Positions 9,657 through 18,345 of a stretch of DNA of 64,000 nucleotides are shown here, piece after piece. The notes under the pieces are model-generated. The model did no database searches. It saw only the letters and a list, made by a program, of their open reading frames with translations, and had not been told where the DNA came from. Origin of the DNA: an uncultured bacterium (GTDB lineage: Bacteria; Actinomycetota; Acidimicrobiia; Spongiisociales; UBA5794); assembly GCA_963801165.1 (NCBI GenBank), contig CAWDDT010000004.1:576001-640000 (forward strand). The letters run 5' to 3'. Position 1 is the stretch's first letter. Every line of letters begins with the position of its first letter. The position numbers and the translations under genes are program-made.

Positions 9657-11212
9657 TGGAGCACGAGAATGCAACGCAGGACCCGCTCCGCACTGGTGCG
9701 GAACGGGCGAACGCCAGCTACATGCAACAGCGGCGGGTCGTGATTGACCCCATCACCCGTCTCGAAGGTCACGGCAAGATCGACATCTTCCTCAACGACT
9801 CGGGTGGGGTGGACCGCGCCTTCTTCCAGGTGCCCGAGCTGCGCGGATTCGAGCAGTTCGTCGTCGGCCGTCCGGTGGAGGACATGCCACAGATCACCTC
9901 GCGGATCTGCGGTGTCTGCCCGACCGCCCACCACATGGTTGCCGCCAAGGCGCTCGATGCGTTGTACGGTGTCGAGCCGACCCTGACCGGCCGTCTCATC
10001 CGTGAGCTCGTCTATGCCGCGTTCATGGCCGAAGACCACGCCCTGCACTTCTACTTCCTCGGTGGACCCGATTTCGTGATGGGTCCCGACGCACCGGCAG
10101 CGACTCGCAACGTCCTCGGTGTGATCTCCAAGGTTGGCAAAGAAGTAGGGCTCAAGGTCATCGAGATGAGACGGCGTCTCCGCGAGATCACCGCTCTCGC
10201 CGGCGGGAAGGTGATCCATCCCGTCCTCGGTCTTCCCGGTGGCGTGTCGCGGCGGATCAAGCTCGACGAGGTCGACCAGATCAAGCAGGTGGCCGACGAC
10301 GCCGTCGAGTTCGCTGAGTTCTCCCTGCAGCTATTCCGCGACGTCGTCCTGGGGAGCTCAGCGTACGTCGACATGATCACATCCGATGTGTACAGCCATG
10401 AGACCTACTACATGGGTCTCGTCGACGAGAACAACAAGGTCAACTTCTACGACGGTGATGTTCGAGTTGTCGCTCCGACCGGGGGCGAGTGGGATCGCTT
10501 CGCCGGCAAGGACTATCTCGACCACGTGGCCGAGCACGTCGAGCCGTGGTCATATACGAAATTCACATATCTCAAGCAGCTCGGCTGGAAAGGATTCGTC
10601 GACGGTGCCGAGAGCGGCATCTACTCGGTGGCGCCTCTGGCACGGCTCAATGTGGCCGACGGCATGGCGACGCCGAGGGCGCAAGCGGCGTACGAGGAGT
10701 ACACCAAGACCCTCGGCATGCCGGTGCACCACACCCTGGCCAACCATTGGGCGAGGCTCGTCGAGCTGCTCTACGCAGCCGAGCGCCTCCAGGAGCTTGC
10801 CAACCATCCGGAGCTGACCGGTGACGACTACCGGCGGATACCGACCGCGACGCCATCCGAGGGCATCGGCGTGATCGAGGCCCCCCGGGGAACGCTGTTC
10901 CATCACTACCAGACCGACGAGCGGGGGATCGTCGAGAAGGCCAACCTGATCGTTGCCACTCAGAACAACTCGGCGCGTATTGCTATGAGTGTCGAGAAGG
11001 CAGCAAAGGGAGCCATCTCCGGTGGCCACGTCGACGAGGAGATCCTCAACAAGATCGAGATGGCGTTCCGTGCGTACGACCCTTGTCACGCCTGTGCCAC
11101 GCACACCTTGCCGGGCAGCATGCCGCTGATCCTGAACGTCCACGACACGGCCGGATCTCCGATGCTGGAGATTCGACGTGATGCGGACGGAGGGGTCTAC
11201 CGGAGTGCCTGA
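9656..11212 (+). CDS. mvhA: [NiFe] hydrogenase large subunit (MvhA-type, group 3c)
   Basis: ITRLEGHG, L1 motif RICGVC, EAPRGTL and L2 motif RAYDPCHACATH followed by a cleavable C-terminal extension. Confidence 0.93.
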   Translation: MEHENATQDPLRTGAERANASYMQQRRVVIDPITRLEGHGKIDIFLNDSGGVDRAFFQVPELRGFEQFVVGRPVEDMPQITSRICGVCPTAHHMVAAKALDALYGVEPTLTGRLIRELVYAAFMAEDHALHFYFLGGPDFVMGPDAPAATRNVLGVISKVGKEVGLKVIEMRRRLREITALAGGKVIHPVLGLPGGVSRRIKLDEVDQIKQVADDAVEFAEFSLQLFRDVVLGSSAYVDMITSDVYSHETYYMGLVDENNKVNFYDGDVRVVAPTGGEWDRFAGKDYLDHVAEHVEPWSYTKFTYLKQLGWKGFVDGAESGIYSVAPLARLNVADGMATPRAQAAYEEYTKTLGMPVHHTLANHWARLVELLYAAERLQELANHPELTGDDYRRIPTATPSEGIGVIEAPRGTLFHHYQTDERGIVEKANLIVATQNNSARIAMSVEKAAKGAISGGHVDEEILNKIEMAFRAYDPCHACATHTLPGSMPLILNVHDTAGSPMLEIRRDADGGVYRSA

Positions 11213-11678
11213 GCGCACCGACCGGGTTCGGGTCCTGTGTCTCGGCAACGACCTCATTGCCGATGACGGGATCGGGATAACCGCGGCGGAGCTCATCCGC
11301 CGCCGCCTTCCCGGTGTTGCGGTCGTCGAGGAGGCCATGTCCGGTCTGTACCTGATCGAGGACGTGATCGGGGTCGACCGGTTGATCGTGGTCGATGCGG
11401 TCATCACCGGTGAGGCGCCGCCCGGTACGATCCACGTGCTCGGTGAGTGCGACGTTGCGGTCGTGCCCGGTGTCTCGCCCCACTACGTGGGGCTCTTCGA
11501 GACGCTCGAGCTCGTCAGGGCACTCGAGCTCGATGCGCCCGACGAGGTCACCCTGGTGTGCATCGAGATCAAGGACGCCGTCACAATCGGCGGCGCCATG
11601 ACCGACGACGTGCTGCGGGCATTGCCGGGGGTGGTCGACATCGTTGCCGACCTCGTCGCCGGTGCCGTCCCCGTGTAA
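11205..11678 (+). CDS. Hydrogenase maturation endopeptidase
   Basis: LGNDLIADDGIG, IVVDA and SPH motifs. Overlaps the end of mvhA. Confidence 0.9.
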   Translation: MPERTDRVRVLCLGNDLIADDGIGITAAELIRRRLPGVAVVEEAMSGLYLIEDVIGVDRLIVVDAVITGEAPPGTIHVLGECDVAVVPGVSPHYVGLFETLELVRALELDAPDEVTLVCIEIKDAVTIGGAMTDDVLRALPGVVDIVADLVAGAVPV

Positions 11679-11723
11679 CCGAAACGGACCGAGTCAGTAG
11701 GGAGACAGCTACCCTTTGCGCTC

Positions 11724-12878
11724 GTGATTACCGCGGATCGGGTTTCCATCGGGCTCGGTGTCGGCACCCAGCCTCCTCTTCGACGCATCGCCCTCATGGC
11801 GCGCGTCGCTCGTTTGGCGCGCTTTGACGCCGTCTGGACGGTCGACCATTTCCAGGGGTGGTTCCCGCAGGAGCTGTGGACGAAAGACATGTCATGGCTC
11901 GCCTCCAAGGAGTCCACCCCGCACGCCTACTTCGACTACCAGGCACTCATCGGGCACCTTGCCGGCCGGGTGGGCAGGATGCATATCGGCGTTGCGGTCA
12001 CTGAGCCCATGCGCCGCCACCCGGTGCTGCTGGCGCAAACCGCGATGACGTGGTCACATATGACCAAGAGCGCACCGATCCTCGGTATCGGTGCGGGGGA
12101 GCGGGAGAACACGGTCCCGTACGGGATCGGCTTCGACCGGCCGGTGGCGCACCTCGAAGAGGCGCTTCCCATCATCCGCCGCTGCTTCGAGTCGCGCGGA
12201 CCATTCGATTTCGACGGCGAGTTCTACGACCTCGACAAGGCCGTCATGGATCTCGCTCCCGTCCCCGGGCGGCGCCCCCGTATCTGGGTCGCAGCCCACG
12301 GGCCGAGGATGCTGCGTCTCACCGGACGTTACGGCGACGGGTGGTACCCGACGTTCCCGATGTCTCCGGAGAAGTACGCCGCGTCGCTGGCGAGTATCCG
12401 CAGCGCCGCCAGGGAGGCGGGCCGCGATGGTCGACTGATCGTTCCTGCGGCGCAGATGGTTGTAGTCGTCGGCAGGACGGAGCGTGAGGCCCGCAAGTAC
12501 CTGGGGGAGCGGATCATGCGGTTTCTCGCTCTGCTGGCGCCTGCGTCGTTGTGGGCCGAGCACGGTTTCGAGCACCCGCTTGGAGCCGACTTCCGGGGTC
12601 TGGTCGATTTCATCCCTGCGGAGCATCCTGTCGATCGGCTAGAAGAGGCACTCTCCCGGGTCCCCGTCGCTGCGGTTGCCGAGACGGTCATGTGGGGTAC
12701 GCCCCACAGGGTGCTCGACCGGCTCGAATCGTACGTCGACGCAGGGCTGCGCCACATTGTCCTCAACCCCGCTTCTGCGGCCGTGTCCCGGCGCAGCGCC
12801 GTCTACTCGTTTCGGGCCGTCGCCAGCATCCTGCACCGGCTGCGCCGGTCCGCCAACGCCAGGCTCGGATCGTCATGA
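11724..12878 (+). CDS. LLM-class (probably F420-dependent) oxidoreductase, Rv2951c ketoreductase-like
   Basis: WTVDH, VTEPMRRHP, LGIGAGERENTVPYG and AHGPRMLRLTGRYGDGW motifs. Confidence 0.8.
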   Translation: MITADRVSIGLGVGTQPPLRRIALMARVARLARFDAVWTVDHFQGWFPQELWTKDMSWLASKESTPHAYFDYQALIGHLAGRVGRMHIGVAVTEPMRRHPVLLAQTAMTWSHMTKSAPILGIGAGERENTVPYGIGFDRPVAHLEEALPIIRRCFESRGPFDFDGEFYDLDKAVMDLAPVPGRRPRIWVAAHGPRMLRLTGRYGDGWYPTFPMSPEKYAASLASIRSAAREAGRDGRLIVPAAQMVVVVGRTEREARKYLGERIMRFLALLAPASLWAEHGFEHPLGADFRGLVDFIPAEHPVDRLEEALSRVPVAAVAETVMWGTPHRVLDRLESYVDAGLRHIVLNPASAAVSRRSAVYSFRAVASILHRLRRSANARLGSS

Positions 12879-14473
12879 TCATCGCCAGCGAGCTTTCCAT
12901 AGAGGCCGGAGCGCGTCCCCTGATCGAGGAGGCGTCTTTCTCGGTGCACCCGGGTGACAAGATCGGTTTGGTGGGAAAGAACGGGGCAGGGAAAACGACC
13001 CTGCTGCGAACCCTTGCCGGTGACATCGAACCCGCCTCCGGCACGATCCGCCGCAGCGGGGTCATCGGCTACCTGTCGCAGGAAGCTGCGCTTGCAGAGC
13101 TAGCCGACGGGCAGGTCACGGCGCTCGAGCGCGTGTTGACAGCTCGTGACATCGGAAACCTAGAGCGACATATGGAGAAGGTCCGTCTCCAGATGGAGGC
13201 CACCGCAGGTGCCGAGCGGGACCGGCTCATTGCGCGATTTGGCAGGCTCGATGATGAGTTCACCGCCCGGGGTGGTTACGTGGCGATTGCCGAGGCCAAG
13301 CGGTTCGCCGCCTCGGTTGGTATCAAGGGAGCCGATCTCGACCAGCAGGTCGCCACGATGTCCGGCGGCCAGCGACGCAGGGTCGAGCTTGCCAGGGTTC
13401 TCTTCGCCGACACCGACGTGCTCATCCTCGACGAGCCGACCAACCACCTCGATCTCGACGCCAAAGTGTGGCTGATGGACTTCCTGGCGTCCTACTCGGG
13501 CGGGTTGCTCGTGGTGAGCCACGACCTGCCACTTCTCGACAAGGCCATTACCTCGGTGCTGGCGGTCGACGGGGGGACGCTCGAGCCGTATCGCGGCAAC
13601 TACAGCTATTACATCGCCGAGCGGGACCGGCGCCGGGCACAGCGGCTGCAGGAGCGGAAGCATCAAGACGAGAAGATCGCTCGCCTCGAGGAAGGGATCC
13701 GGCGCTTCAAGGGCAGTACGGAGAAGATGGCGAAACGGGCTCGCTCGTGGGAGACCAGGGTGGAGAAGCTGAAGGACCAGCGGGTCGAGGTCGGCGCCAA
13801 AGATCGCAAGGTGGCAGTCCGCTTCCCACAGCCTGACCAGTCGGGACGGACCCCGCTCAAAGCGACCGGTCTGGCCAAGGCCTTCGGGCACAATGTGGTG
13901 TTCGTCGATGTCGATGTCGACATCGACCGGGGGGAGCGGATGATAATCATGGGTCTCAACGGTGCCGGGAAGACGACGTTGCTTCGTATTCTCGCCGGGG
14001 TCGAGACGGCCGATATGGGCGAGGTCGAGATCGGTCACAACGCGACGGTTGGCTACTACGCCCAGGAGCACGAGCAGATCCACACCGGGGTGACGGTTCT
14101 CGACCACATGCGAGAAGCGTCGATCTTGCCCGATCGGGAGCTGCGGACGATCCTCGGCCACTTCCTGCTCGCCGGCAAGGTAGATCAGGATGCCGGGACG
14201 CTCTCGGGTGGCGAGAAGACGAAGCTGGCGTTGGCCCAGTTGGTGGTACGCGGCGACAACGTCCTGCTTCTCGACGAGCCGACCAACAACCTCGACCCGC
14301 AAGCGAAGCAAGCTCTGCTCACGGCCCTGCGCCAGTACACCGGCACGCTACTTCTGGTCAGCCACGACACCGATTTCGTCGAGGCGCTGCAACCGGATCG
14401 TATGATCCTGATGCCCGACGGGGACGCTGAGTTCTTCGATGAGTCGATGCTCGATCTGGTGGCGCTGGCGTAA
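12875..14473 (+). CDS. ABC-F family ATPase (ribosome-associated)
   Basis: Two NBDs (GKNGAGKTT/SGGQ/LDEPTNHLD and GLNGAGKTT/LSGGE/LDEPTNNLD) joined by a helical linker. No TM segments. Confidence 0.9.
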   Translation: MIIASELSIEAGARPLIEEASFSVHPGDKIGLVGKNGAGKTTLLRTLAGDIEPASGTIRRSGVIGYLSQEAALAELADGQVTALERVLTARDIGNLERHMEKVRLQMEATAGAERDRLIARFGRLDDEFTARGGYVAIAEAKRFAASVGIKGADLDQQVATMSGGQRRRVELARVLFADTDVLILDEPTNHLDLDAKVWLMDFLASYSGGLLVVSHDLPLLDKAITSVLAVDGGTLEPYRGNYSYYIAERDRRRAQRLQERKHQDEKIARLEEGIRRFKGSTEKMAKRARSWETRVEKLKDQRVEVGAKDRKVAVRFPQPDQSGRTPLKATGLAKAFGHNVVFVDVDVDIDRGERMIIMGLNGAGKTTLLRILAGVETADMGEVEIGHNATVGYYAQEHEQIHTGVTVLDHMREASILPDRELRTILGHFLLAGKVDQDAGTLSGGEKTKLALAQLVVRGDNVLLLDEPTNNLDPQAKQALLTALRQYTGTLLLVSHDTDFVEALQPDRMILMPDGDAEFFDESMLDLVALA

Positions 14474-14508
14474 CCAATAGTCGGGCAGCGTACGCCGAGT
14501 TGCGCCGG

Positions 14509-15174
14509 CTAGCTCTCGTCCTGGGTCAGGCCACCTTCGCGGGTCTCGACCACTAGCCCTTCTTCGTCGTCCCAGGAGGCGATCAGCATCGACTCATGGG
14601 AGCCGTCGGAGAGGACGATTGTCACCTCGCCCTGCTTCGTATCCGCCCGATCGGCGGGGAGGAGGGCATAGCCGTGGCGGGGGATGAGCCACAGGACCTG
14701 GACCTTGCCGTCGGCGCCGGACACGCTGACCTTGCCACCGGTCAGATCTACGACCTCGGCCCGCGGCGCCGGCTGGTCGCCGGGAGTCGTGTCGGTCGGG
14801 GGTAGCAGGCTCTCGTCGATCGTCGCACCGGGATCGAGTGCGTCCTCAGAAGGCGGTTCTGTCGTCGTCGTAGAAACGGTGGTTCGGGAGACTCCGTCCT
14901 CGCCGCCATCGGGGCTCTGGTTTGATTCCGCCGCTGCATCCACTGTCGAATGTGAGCCAGACAAATCGTCGAGCTGCCGGAGGCAAGGCGCCCGCTCGGT
15001 CGAACCACACTCTTCAGTTAGAGCAGCGACTTCCGACGCCGAAAGGGGCGGGAGGGGTCGGTCCATGACCTTGCCTCCTGCTACTGCAACGGCGCCCGTT
15101 GAGACCAAACTGGCCACGACGGCAGCTGCAGCCCATCCGGCGACGAGAAGGAGTCTCTGCCGCATTGAACCCAT
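14509..15174 (-). CDS. Secreted/membrane-anchored accessory protein divergent from TCS-1 (paralog of 53680..54291)
   Basis: N-terminal hydrophobic segment, low-complexity linker and C-terminal beta domain GGKVSV..GKVQV...PRHGY...EVTI...HES. Confidence 0.75.
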   Translation of the reverse strand: MGSMRQRLLLVAGWAAAAVVASLVSTGAVAVAGGKVMDRPLPPLSASEVAALTEECGSTERAPCLRQLDDLSGSHSTVDAAAESNQSPDGGEDGVSRTTVSTTTTEPPSEDALDPGATIDESLLPPTDTTPGDQPAPRAEVVDLTGGKVSVSGADGKVQVLWLIPRHGYALLPADRADTKQGEVTIVLSDGSHESMLIASWDDEEGLVVETREGGLTQDES

Positions 15175-15201
15175 TGTGAATAACTGCTCCTTTGGGACCT
15201 A

Positions 15202-15250
15202 CCAAGAATAGATTAAGGAGTTGCTAAGGCGGTCTTGAGATTTCTTTCAG
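15202..15250 (-). promoter_or_regulatory. 11-bp-phased direct repeat array (candidate OmpR-family binding sites)
   Basis: On the + strand: CCAAG 15202, TTAAG 15213, CTAAG 15224, TTGAG 15235, TTCAG 15246. Confidence 0.65.
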
Positions 15251-15271
15251 GAGATCTACAGTTGGGCACAT

Positions 15272-15955
15272 ATGGCCTCTGTTGTGATAATCGAAGACGA
15301 GCAACGAATACGCGAGCTCGTGGCCCGTGTCCTTGCCGACCGCGGTCACGACGTCGAATCTACGGCTACCGCGATGGAGGGATTGCAGGCTGTTGTACGG
15401 ATCTCGCCGCAGCTCGTCATCCTCGACATGGGGCTGCCCGACCTCGACGGCGCCGAGCTGCTCAAGATGATTCGTGCGGTCAGCGACGTCCCGATCATCG
15501 TTGCCACCGCACGCAGCGAGGACCGCGCCGTCATCCGGACCCTGGATGCCGGCGCCGACGACTACCTGACCAAGCCGTTCTCGGTCGATCAGCTCGAGGC
15601 CCGGGTTCGTGCGGTCCTGAGGCGGTCGGGGAGCGAGGGGAGACAAGCGCCAATGACGGTGGGTGACCTGGCGATCGACGTCGCTGCCCGGGAGGCGAGG
15701 TTGGCCGGTGAACCCATCGATCTCAGCCCCAAGGAGTTCGACGTGCTGCGCTTTCTCGCCGAGCGACGCGGCGAGGTCGTTTCCAAGCGCGAGTTGCTCG
15801 CCGAGGTATGGCGGCAGCCCTATGGAGGCAGCGAAAAGACCGTCGATGTTCACATCTCCTGGCTGCGCAAGAAGCTCGGGGAGTCGGCCGCCGAGAGCAG
15901 ATATCTGCAGACTGTCTTCGGGGTCGGGGTGAAGTTGGTAGACCCCGCCGAATGA
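15272..15955 (+). CDS. OmpR-family response regulator (TCS-1)
   Basis: IEDE, LDMGLPDLDG and GADDYLTKPF motifs; winged-HTH KTVDVHISWLRKKLGE. Confidence 0.95.
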   Translation: MASVVIIEDEQRIRELVARVLADRGHDVESTATAMEGLQAVVRISPQLVILDMGLPDLDGAELLKMIRAVSDVPIIVATARSEDRAVIRTLDAGADDYLTKPFSVDQLEARVRAVLRRSGSEGRQAPMTVGDLAIDVAAREARLAGEPIDLSPKEFDVLRFLAERRGEVVSKRELLAEVWRQPYGGSEKTVDVHISWLRKKLGESAAESRYLQTVFGVGVKLVDPAE

Positions 15956-17262
15956 GACAACGGCTCGCCGTTCTGTCGCTTGCGATCAGCACCCTGGTCG
16001 TGATCGCTTTCATGATCCCGCTCGCCCTAACTCTCCGTAATCAGGCCCAGAACCGCGCCCTATCTCGCGCCGAAACCCTCGGCCAGGCGATTGCTACCGC
16101 CCTCATCGTCAACGCCGGCGAAGGGCAGGTGTCGATCGAAGCGGCCCAAACCGCCCTCGACGTGTTCGGATCCGGTGCCGATTCGGTCACGATCGTGTTC
16201 GCCGATGGCGATGCCGTGGGAGCCTCGATCCTCAACACGGACAACATCGACGTGGCGTTTTCCGAGGCAAGGGCGTTCACAGCGTTCACACCGGGCGGTG
16301 CCGAGGTGCTGGTACCGATCTTGTCGGCAGATGTACCCAACGATGCAGTCGACGTGGTGGTCCGGTCGTTCGTGCCCGAGGCGGATCTGAGCAAGGGAGT
16401 GTGGGTGGCGTGGCGGATGCTGGCTGGTTTGGGTGTGTTTCTCGTGATCGTCGCCGTTGTAGCTGCGGACCGCCTGGGGCGTTCGATCGTCCGCCCGTTT
16501 GTGGAGCTGTCCGAGGCGGCGCTGGCTCTCGGCGGTGGAGATCTAGACCGTCGGGTCACTCCGGCCGGTCCTGAGGAGATCGCCGACGTAGGTGTGGCTT
16601 TCAATTTCCTGGCGGAGCGGCTGCGGTTGCTTCTCGCCGAGGAGCGTGAGTCAGTCGCGGATCTGTCGCACCGGCTGCGCACTCCGCTGACGGCACTCCG
16701 GCTGCAGGCAGAGACGCTCACTGACCGGGACGCCGCCGGCCCATTGCTCGAGGACATCAGCCGGATGGAGACCGCCGTCGACCGGATGATCGAGGAAGCC
16801 AGGAGACCGACGGAGGACAGGGGCCCGGAGCAGGCCGACCTCGGTGCGGTTGTGCGACACCGGGCGACTTTCTGGAAGGTGCTCGCCGATGAGCAGGAGC
16901 GCCCGGTAGACGTACACACGTCGGGGGGGCGGCTCTCGGTTGCCATGAGCGCTCAGGACCTCGGTGCGCTCGTCGATACCCTGCTCGAAAACGTCTTCTC
17001 GCATACCAGTCCCGGCGTCGGGTACCGGATCGAGGCTCGTCCCGGATACGTCGATAGCCAGGTGGTGCTCGTCGTCGAGGACAGCGGCGCCGGATTCGAA
17101 CACGATGGTGCGCTCGAGCGTGGTGAAAGTGGCGGTGGGTCGACCGGGCTCGGTCTGGACATCGTCATGAAGGCAGCGCAACGGACCGGCGGTGGTCTCA
17201 CCATCGGGGAGTCGGCACTTGGCGGCGCCCGGGTCGAGGTTGTATTCGGGCCCGGAAAATGA
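15952..17262 (+). CDS. HAMP sensor histidine kinase (TCS-1)
   Basis: Two TM segments, HAMP domain, H-box DLSHRLRTPL, VEDSGAG and STGLGLDI. ATGA overlap with the regulator. Confidence 0.93.
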   Translation: MRQRLAVLSLAISTLVVIAFMIPLALTLRNQAQNRALSRAETLGQAIATALIVNAGEGQVSIEAAQTALDVFGSGADSVTIVFADGDAVGASILNTDNIDVAFSEARAFTAFTPGGAEVLVPILSADVPNDAVDVVVRSFVPEADLSKGVWVAWRMLAGLGVFLVIVAVVAADRLGRSIVRPFVELSEAALALGGGDLDRRVTPAGPEEIADVGVAFNFLAERLRLLLAEERESVADLSHRLRTPLTALRLQAETLTDRDAAGPLLEDISRMETAVDRMIEEARRPTEDRGPEQADLGAVVRHRATFWKVLADEQERPVDVHTSGGRLSVAMSAQDLGALVDTLLENVFSHTSPGVGYRIEARPGYVDSQVVLVVEDSGAGFEHDGALERGESGGGSTGLGLDIVMKAAQRTGGGLTIGESALGGARVEVVFGPGK

Positions 17263-17275
17263 CGCCCCGTCGCGC

Positions 17276-17306
17276 AAAGGACCCGCCGGGCTGAGGCGGG
17301 TCCTTT
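17276..17306. terminator. Bidirectional intrinsic terminator
   Basis: AAAGGACCCGCC-GGGCTGA-GGCGGGTCCTTT, a perfect 12-bp inverted repeat starting 14 nt after the kinase stop. Confidence 0.8.
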
Positions 17307-17373
17307 ACATTCGCAAGAATGATGGGCAGATGGGGGGCTTCCACCCTTGCGAACTGTTGCTTTGCTGCGTGGC
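17276..17373 (-). ncRNA. Candidate ~100-nt sRNA with CCCCCC-loop hairpin
   Basis: Minus-strand -10 TACTCT (17380-17385), stem TTCGCAAG/CTTGCGAA enclosing AAGCCCCCCATC, then the terminator. Confidence 0.45.
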
Positions 17374-17553
17374 GTAGCAAGAGTAAGCATCGCAGCGGTT
17401 TGGTTAGGGTGGCGTCGGCGTGGTGCTAATAAACCCTAAAGGAGCCTGAGCCTTGCTCAGGTTTGAGTTCGGGCCCGGGCTTTGCTCAGCTTTGAGCTCC
17501 GCACAGCGGAACCCGGCTTGGGGGCGGCTCTGCTCCGGGTTTGGCCGGTTGTC

Positions 17554-18240
17554 TCAGCCACCGATGTCGACGGCCCAGTCGGAGGCATGGGTGGCCGGAT
17601 AGATGCCTGTGGAGATGGACGGTGTCTCGTCGATAATCTCCACGGACGATCCGTCCCACAGACCGGCTTCGGTTGCCTCTTCCGAGTGAGCGTGCAGGCC
17701 ACGGCCCCATGCGACATAGGCGATCAGGCTGTTCGGGTCGTTGAAGGCGTCGGAGTTGTGAAGGCCCACCTCCCCGCCGGTCTGCTCGATCGGACCCAAC
17801 GAAGGCCCGATGTGGATAACGGCGGCCATGCCCGCCAGATCGAGCGGCGGTTGGGCTCCCAGCCCGAGCACGGCCTGCTCTCCGGGAGCGAGCTCTACGG
17901 CCGGAAGTGCCCGCACGGCCTGACCCTGGGTGAGCCAGAGCCCGTCTGTCGTTCCCGGAGCATCTCCCCTGTTTGTGATGACGACGAAGGCGAGATCTCC
18001 AAAGACGACCTGTGACAGCGCAAACCCCGCGGCGGCGTTTGGCGGCAGGGTGGTTGTCGTGGTTGTCGTAGTGGTCGTCGTGTCCGTTGTTGCGGTTGCC
18101 GATGTCGTCGTGGTCGATGTCTCCGCCGCCGTCGCCGGGGGGAGCGTGGTGAGCGCGGCGGGCTGGGTTGTCTCCGCCGGCCCGGTATTCCCGGTGCACG
18201 ACGTCAGGATGAGGAGGGCGATCAGGGCTATCCGTCGCAT
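17554..18240 (-). CDS. Lipoprotein with Thr-rich linker and lamin-tail-like beta domain
   Basis: MRRIALIALLILTSC lipobox, poly-Thr linker, FVVITNRG...GLWL...LAPGE...GEVGL...YVAWG. TACGCT -10 lies 7 nt upstream. Confidence 0.7.
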   Translation of the reverse strand: MRRIALIALLILTSCTGNTGPAETTQPAALTTLPPATAAETSTTTTSATATTDTTTTTTTTTTTLPPNAAAGFALSQVVFGDLAFVVITNRGDAPGTTDGLWLTQGQAVRALPAVELAPGEQAVLGLGAQPPLDLAGMAAVIHIGPSLGPIEQTGGEVGLHNSDAFNDPNSLIAYVAWGRGLHAHSEEATEAGLWDGSSVEIIDETPSISTGIYPATHASDWAVDIGG

Positions 18241-18345
18241 GCGCGGCAGCGTACACCGGATCAGGGCGTGTGCCGGTGTGGAAGAATCAGATGTGATTGC
18301 CCTCGTGAAGGAAGCCAGACGCCTGCCGGGCGTACAGGAGTATCG

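Noticed and set aside
18292-18307. CRP-like site TGTGA-N6-TCGTG upstream of the Pat gene
   Set aside because: Only one half-site matches.
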